Source: a virus
IMG/VR virus record: IMGVR_UViG_3300030103_004875
DNA length: 64,000 bases
Direction: 5' to 3' (one strand)
Shown: piece after piece, positions 59,771 through 64,000 of the stretch
How the letters are laid out: every line of letters begins with the position of its first letter
Position numbering within the stretch: position 1 is the first letter of the stretch
The notes under the pieces: model-generated
The model's input: the letters and a program-made list of their open reading frames with translations, nothing else
Databases searched by the model: none
What the model was told of the DNA's origin: nothing
Position numbers and translations under genes: made by a program

Positions 59771-60359
59771 TCTTCTTCTTCTTTCTTCGCTTAAGGAGTC
59801 TGTGTAGTGGGTTATCCCTTCGAATTGATTGAGGGATTCCTTTCCCAAACCCTTCGTATCCTGGCAGTGAATCAAATCCAGCAATTGCATTGGACCGAGA
59901 AACTGGATCAGGACTTAAATTCATATTGTTCGCGCCAAACGCACCTGCACCCATAGAATTTGCGGGTGCATCTTCAAACATTAAATCTATTTTTTCTTCT
60001 TTTAAGTTTATTCCATTTTCGGCGAAGAATATGTCGATACCTTCAATAAGTGATTTACCATCACCGCCAATTTTTTCTGTTTCCTCTCCAAATAATTTTA
60101 ACGCAGTGATTACGGATTGTAATTGTGCCCTTGTTTTTGGATCGGGAACTTTACCAAATATTTTCTTTACATTAATTATCATTTGATAATACGGAGAATA
60201 TGCTTGCTGTTCTTGACCAGTTTTGGGTTCTTTTATCTTAATACCATTTGCATCAATTATTCCTAGTTTATAGGCTGGGAAGGATGTAAATGGTGCAGTG
60301 ATATCCTTTATAAATTTGTACATTGTGAATGATGTGATGTATGATCCGAGACTGTTCAT
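59745..60359 (-). CDS. Conserved T4-like hypothetical (probable virion protein)
   Basis: YKFIK.IT.PF...PAYKLGIIDANG; EDAPANS; basic C-terminus. Confidence 0.6.
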   Translation of the reverse strand: MNSLGSYITSFTMYKFIKDITAPFTSFPAYKLGIIDANGIKIKEPKTGQEQQAYSPYYQMIINVKKIFGKVPDPKTRAQLQSVITALKLFGEETEKIGGDGKSLIEGIDIFFAENGINLKEEKIDLMFEDAPANSMGAGAFGANNMNLSPDPVSRSNAIAGFDSLPGYEGFGKGIPQSIRRDNPLHRLLKRRKKKKNARKSTDN

Positions 60360-60733
60360 TTTAAGTTTTCCAATGACTTTGCTATTTTACTGTCCACGTT
60401 CACATACTTTAAATTCAACTCCGGGATGTCTATTGGTAGATATTTTAAATAATCAAGAAAGGCTTTTAGATATGAATGGTGTTCTTGTGTTACATTAAAA
60501 AATAACATTCTTACACAAAATTCAGTTCCAAATAAATTATTAAGAACTATGATATGATTTAGAATTAGCCTTTCCCTTAGTTCTCCCGACTTGTGATACT
60601 TACTGAACAATCGTTTTATGTATTTTATTCTATGTAAATCCTCTTGAAACTCTTCCATACTTTCACAAGCAGGATTTTCGTAAGTTTTAAGGGCCATCAT
60701 AATAAAATTTTGATCAGTAAGTCGAACGCTCAT
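60356..60733 (-). CDS. Conserved T4-like hypothetical protein
   Basis: YENPAC...EF.EDL.RIKYIKRL..GELRERLILNHIIVL.N.FG. Confidence 0.75.
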   Translation of the reverse strand: MSVRLTDQNFIMMALKTYENPACESMEEFQEDLHRIKYIKRLFSKYHKSGELRERLILNHIIVLNNLFGTEFCVRMLFFNVTQEHHSYLKAFLDYLKYLPIDIPELNLKYVNVDSKIAKSLENLK

Positions 60734-61323
60734 TTTTTATACTGTGTAAACGATTCTAGAGTATCTTTTTCTTTCTTTTCTGATTTACCCGGATGAAGAA
60801 CCTTTGAGTCTGTTTCTGTTGGTTTGTCTTCGACATCAAAGGATGCGTTTTCTGAAACCTCAGATACATTTGCTTCTATTCTGTATAGTCCATTTGGAAC
60901 GTCGATTAACTTTACGTTTAAGGCAAATGCTTTACCATCAGAAAATCCATTTGTATTATCAAATTCGTCGATCGGTGTGTCAACTGCTTTACCAAATGTT
61001 CCACCGAAGCGAGTTAATTCAAAGGATTTATTTTCGGTGGTTAGTTCTACTGATTTGTCAATTTTAAAATCTAACCCTGTGAGGTTTAGTTTTGATCGGA
61101 GTACACCCAGTGCTGCTCTTGGATCAAGAAACTCTTTTTGTGTGAACGCATGAATAAATGCATTTACCCTTTTGAGTTGGGCTGGACTTTCGGTTCTATA
61201 GACACCTGCATCACTATATGCGGATCTCCCGTGACTGTCCTCGGGATCGCCTATTCCGAACCCTCCGCCGTCACCGTATTCGCTTTCGTTTATTTTTTGT
61301 AATATTTGATCGTAAGTTTTCAT
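60730..61323 (-). CDS. Hypothetical protein (probable virion/head)
   Basis: AGGAG RBS; CTAAATA late-like element at 61340-61346 on the minus strand. Confidence 0.6.
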   Translation of the reverse strand: MKTYDQILQKINESEYGDGGGFGIGDPEDSHGRSAYSDAGVYRTESPAQLKRVNAFIHAFTQKEFLDPRAALGVLRSKLNLTGLDFKIDKSVELTTENKSFELTRFGGTFGKAVDTPIDEFDNTNGFSDGKAFALNVKLIDVPNGLYRIEANVSEVSENASFDVEDKPTETDSKVLHPGKSEKKEKDTLESFTQYKK

Positions 61324-61342
61324 AGAAGTCTCCTAACTCTAT

Positions 61343-62605
61343 TTAGCCTTTTTTCCAGCCCCCACCACGCTTCTTATACCATTTTGATGCCCATCCGTTT
61401 GCGTATGCACTTGGATAAACATCAAATTTTTTCTTTGCGAGTGATTTAGCTCTGGACCATAGTGAGGGGTTGGTTGGTACGTTTTTCTCTGTGAGTTCAG
61501 TGCCTTCTGGTTCGAAGTGACTCTTTAGGGTTGCACCGTTGGTTTTGGGATTATACTTGTATTCTGAGGGCTTTCTACCGGATCTCGTTGCAGCACGATC
61601 CTTTGCTCTACCCGAAGCACCCATTGATTGTCTCTTTTTACCATGCTTGGTAAGTTCTTTAGTCCCTGATTTGAAAGAACCAGATTTCTGAAGTTGCATA
61701 GTTGCTGTTGCGTGTGCTTTGTCTTTAGGCATTCCCTTACCTAAAAGTTGAGACACCAGTCTATCATAAAGTTTACCTTCTGAAATTTCATTACCTTCTG
61801 GCTCATAAGAACTGTTTAGTGAACCACAATCCCATTTTCTGAGTGAAAGGGCCTTTCTAGTTGGTCTTCCTTTCTCGTCTTTCATTGGACCTGGCATACC
61901 ACTCATACGAGCACAGAATGATTTACGTCTCTTTGCTGCTTTTCCGCCTTTGCTCTTGGCCGCTTGCTCTCGGGAGACGGGTGCCTTCAGATCACTTCCG
62001 GGATTCTCTCGCTCATAGGATTTTCGTCCTGCGGCGTTGAGCCCACCCTCTTTGTTCTTACCCTCTTTTCTTTGCCATGCAGCAGATTTTTCGTTCAGTT
62101 GTTCTTCTCTTACATTGTAATTTTTATCTAGTGTGGCATACTCTAGGACTTCATTTCCCTTGGAATCTGAAAGAACAATAAGTCTTACGTTTGGGGATAT
62201 TTTCTCGATGGATTCTACAATGTAAGAAAACCCATGATCTTTTAAAATGGTGCAACCCTCTTTTATTTCGGAGAGTGGTAGTTCTACTATTTTTCTCATT
62301 GTATTTTCCTTGGTTTCTATTTTATTGGAAACCATTACTGGGCTTCCACCTTTACCCGAACGATCAGCAACGGGATCTTTTCTTCTTTTTCTGCGGACAG
62401 CAGCAGCCCTTTGTTTCTTTGACATTTTTGCTGCCTTTTCCCGAGAAAGGCACTTAGGCTTACCCTCTCCAGGCCCTCTTGCACATTTTCCTATGCGTTC
62501 ACCTTTGGTGTTGTATCTGTCCCAACCACCACCTCCGACGCCACCCTTGCCGCCGGTTCCGAACCATTTACGAAGATCTTCTTTTAGTCTTTGTTTATCG
62601 ACCAT
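61343..62605 (-). CDS. Multi-module basic protein, probable processed internal head protein
   Basis: Basic modules (LRKWF..GKPKC; AWQRKEGKN.EGGLN..RRKSFCARM; KKFDVYPSAYANGW) separated by acidic L/I-x-E linkers. Confidence 0.65.
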   Translation of the reverse strand: MVDKQRLKEDLRKWFGTGGKGGVGGGGWDRYNTKGERIGKCARGPGEGKPKCLSREKAAKMSKKQRAAAVRRKRRKDPVADRSGKGGSPVMVSNKIETKENTMRKIVELPLSEIKEGCTILKDHGFSYIVESIEKISPNVRLIVLSDSKGNEVLEYATLDKNYNVREEQLNEKSAAWQRKEGKNKEGGLNAAGRKSYERENPGSDLKAPVSREQAAKSKGGKAAKRRKSFCARMSGMPGPMKDEKGRPTRKALSLRKWDCGSLNSSYEPEGNEISEGKLYDRLVSQLLGKGMPKDKAHATATMQLQKSGSFKSGTKELTKHGKKRQSMGASGRAKDRAATRSGRKPSEYKYNPKTNGATLKSHFEPEGTELTEKNVPTNPSLWSRAKSLAKKKFDVYPSAYANGWASKWYKKRGGGWKKG

Positions 62606-62864
62606 TTTCTTCTAAAGACTTTCTTATCCATAACAAATCTGTTTTTATCTCTGCAAGATCTGTCATCAGTGTTGCACGAAAAGTTTCGCTGGTATCGAGT
62701 CGTGAATCTAAACTCACTATATCTTTTTCTATGAACTGTAATCTAGTGGAAAATGAAGCATCCTTTTGACTAATATAAGCCACAGCAGATCCAAAAGTAA
62801 TGATCCAGCCTAGCACGGCACTTATTACAGAGATCTTTATTCCCTGTTTATTAGTATCAGTCAT
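62595..62864 (-). CDS. Small TM plus coiled-coil protein
   Basis: N-terminal hydrophobic helix, C-terminal LAEIKTDLLWI. Confidence 0.55.
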   Translation of the reverse strand: MTDTNKQGIKISVISAVLGWIITFGSAVAYISQKDASFSTRLQFIEKDIVSLDSRLDTSETFRATLMTDLAEIKTDLLWIRKSLEENGR

Positions 62865-64000
62865 TTTTTAATTTACCTTTTTTGCGAGAGACTAAATATG
62901 GTGTTTTTGCACCGGGAGTACCCTCTATGTAGTTTTTTAGTAACTTATCTGTCCCTTCGTCTCCGGCTCCGTGCTCCTCACCTAAGCGATGTTTATTGTC
63001 TGCTCGATTCGATCTGACTGATCGTACTCTGAGATTAGAATCTCCGTTATTGAGTGCGTTTCCATCCTTATGATCTATATCTTTTCCGTCACCTTTACGG
63101 GCTTTTCCCTTTTTAATCATTTTTCTTCTAGCAAGAACGCGATTTGATCTTTTCTTTCTTTGCTTCGCTTTCCCATGAAATGTTCTATACTCATGCTTAT
63201 AATCTCTCTTTGAGGGATCATCTTGTTCGAAGAGTGCAGAAAAAGATTCATTCATTTCATCATCTTCCCTATCCTCTACCGTATCAAAGTCCGGTTTTTC
63301 GGGTAAAACTGGAATTTTAGTAGTTTTTCCATCAACTGTTATGACATTGAAAACTTCATCCTCCTGCATTTTGTTATTTGCATCACCACTCACTGAGATA
63401 TCAAGGGAACTAGAAAGTTCTCTTAAAATTTCTTGAGGATTTTTTGTATAAAAATCTGAAAGCATTTCTGGAGTCATGATAAACGCCATATCACCATCTG
63501 GTTTTATATTGGGCTTATTTTGCTCAACAATCTCTAATTTTTTCCCTTTGAGTTCGAATCTGAATGTTGGTTGGGTAATTCTTCCTCTGCTTTTTGCCCT
63601 GATCCCGACATAAGTCTTAGGCATTAAACTTGAGACATAATTACCATCAACATCCCCTATTTCCTCAAACCCTGCGGGACTCAATAGGTGGGTTGCTGCT
63701 GCATCCGGATTATCTGCAAATGCTCTACTCCCAGTTAGTGCCTCGTGAACTAAATGTCTTTTGAAGTCCTCGTTATCAGATAAAAAGGTAGTGAAGTCTT
63801 GCTGTAGGTCTCTGGTGAGGGAACCCTTATACTTTTCCCAGTTGTACTTATCTTGAAGTTTACCATTCTTAAACATCTCTTGGAACCAAGGTTTGTCGCC
63901 GTGACGATCCATTGCTTCCTCTAAGTTTTTTGGATCAATCATCTTATTTGGTAAAGATTTCAAAGATTTAGACACTTTCTTTGCTGCGGACTGCATAAGT
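62857..64000 (-). CDS. Protein with C-terminal HNH-like module (probably 5'-truncated by window edge)
   Basis: RDYKHEY..HGK..KRSNR..ARR..GDGKDIDHKDGNALNN..NLRV..NR; frame stays open to the window edge. Confidence 0.6.
   Translation of the reverse strand, partial: LMQSAAKKVSKSLKSLPNKMIDPKNLEEAMDRHGDKPWFQEMFKNGKLQDKYNWEKYKGSLTRDLQQDFTTFLSDNEDFKRHLVHEALTGSRAFADNPDAAATHLLSPAGFEEIGDVDGNYVSSLMPKTYVGIRAKSRGRITQPTFRFELKGKKLEIVEQNKPNIKPDGDMAFIMTPEMLSDFYTKNPQEILRELSSSLDISVSGDANNKMQEDEVFNVITVDGKTTKIPVLPEKPDFDTVEDREDDEMNESFSALFEQDDPSKRDYKHEYRTFHGKAKQRKKRSNRVLARRKMIKKGKARKGDGKDIDHKDGNALNNGDSNLRVRSVRSNRADNKHRLGEEHGAGDEGTDKLLKNYIEGTPGAKTPYLVSRKKGKLKND

Noticed and set aside
59771-59890. ORF-track N-terminal extension of the holin-like gene (likewise the starts at 3241, 10397, 46110, 50872, 52296, 57495)
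   Set aside because: The extensions overlap upstream genes, promoters or terminators; downstream ATGs with an RBS or stop-start coupling fit better.
1-64000. tRNA genes, CRISPR arrays, rRNA
   Set aside because: Intergenic gaps are nearly all under 60 nt; no cloverleaf or regularly spaced repeat-spacer pattern was seen.
1-64000. Stop-codon reassignment
   Set aside because: Core genes are full length in code 11, and TAA, TGA and TAG all end genes at the expected positions.

Overview
The window is 64 kb of a large AT-rich T4-like (myovirus) phage genome, not a cellular chromosome. The + strand carries head genes (gp22 end, gp23 major capsid, gp3), then uvsY/uvsW, gp55, gp47/46, rnh, gp45/44/62, regA, dUTPase, gp43, uvsX, gp41, gp61, thyX, a class II RNR and a RuvC-like resolvase. 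A minus-strand block (58.1-64 kb) holds a holin-like cassette and probable internal head proteins. Accessory islands sit in this backbone. (1) A degenerate SET-domain gene lies between gp47 and gp46. (2) A fold-type II PLP enzyme precedes a ~6.3 kb Cys-rich/Ig-like modular gene, split by an apparent 2-nt frameshift, and an SPPY DNA methyltransferase. (3) A ~17.6 kb glycan island contains an RfbH 3-dehydrase + 4,6-dehydratase + ThDP carboligase + PanB + SDR module, a candidate new branched-chain sugar pathway. It also has a kinase-class II aldolase fusion module and ends in a TPR-glycosyltransferase directly upstream of collagen and fibre genes. (4) An outer-membrane porin follows the RNR. The Cys-rich repeat style and the porin suggest a Planctomycetota (Phycisphaerae-like) host; this is inference. 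Three rightward TTGACA-N16-TAnAAT promoters are visible, two apparently leaderless, plus a divergent promoter pair upstream of gp55. All family calls come from motif recognition by eye; no searches were run.
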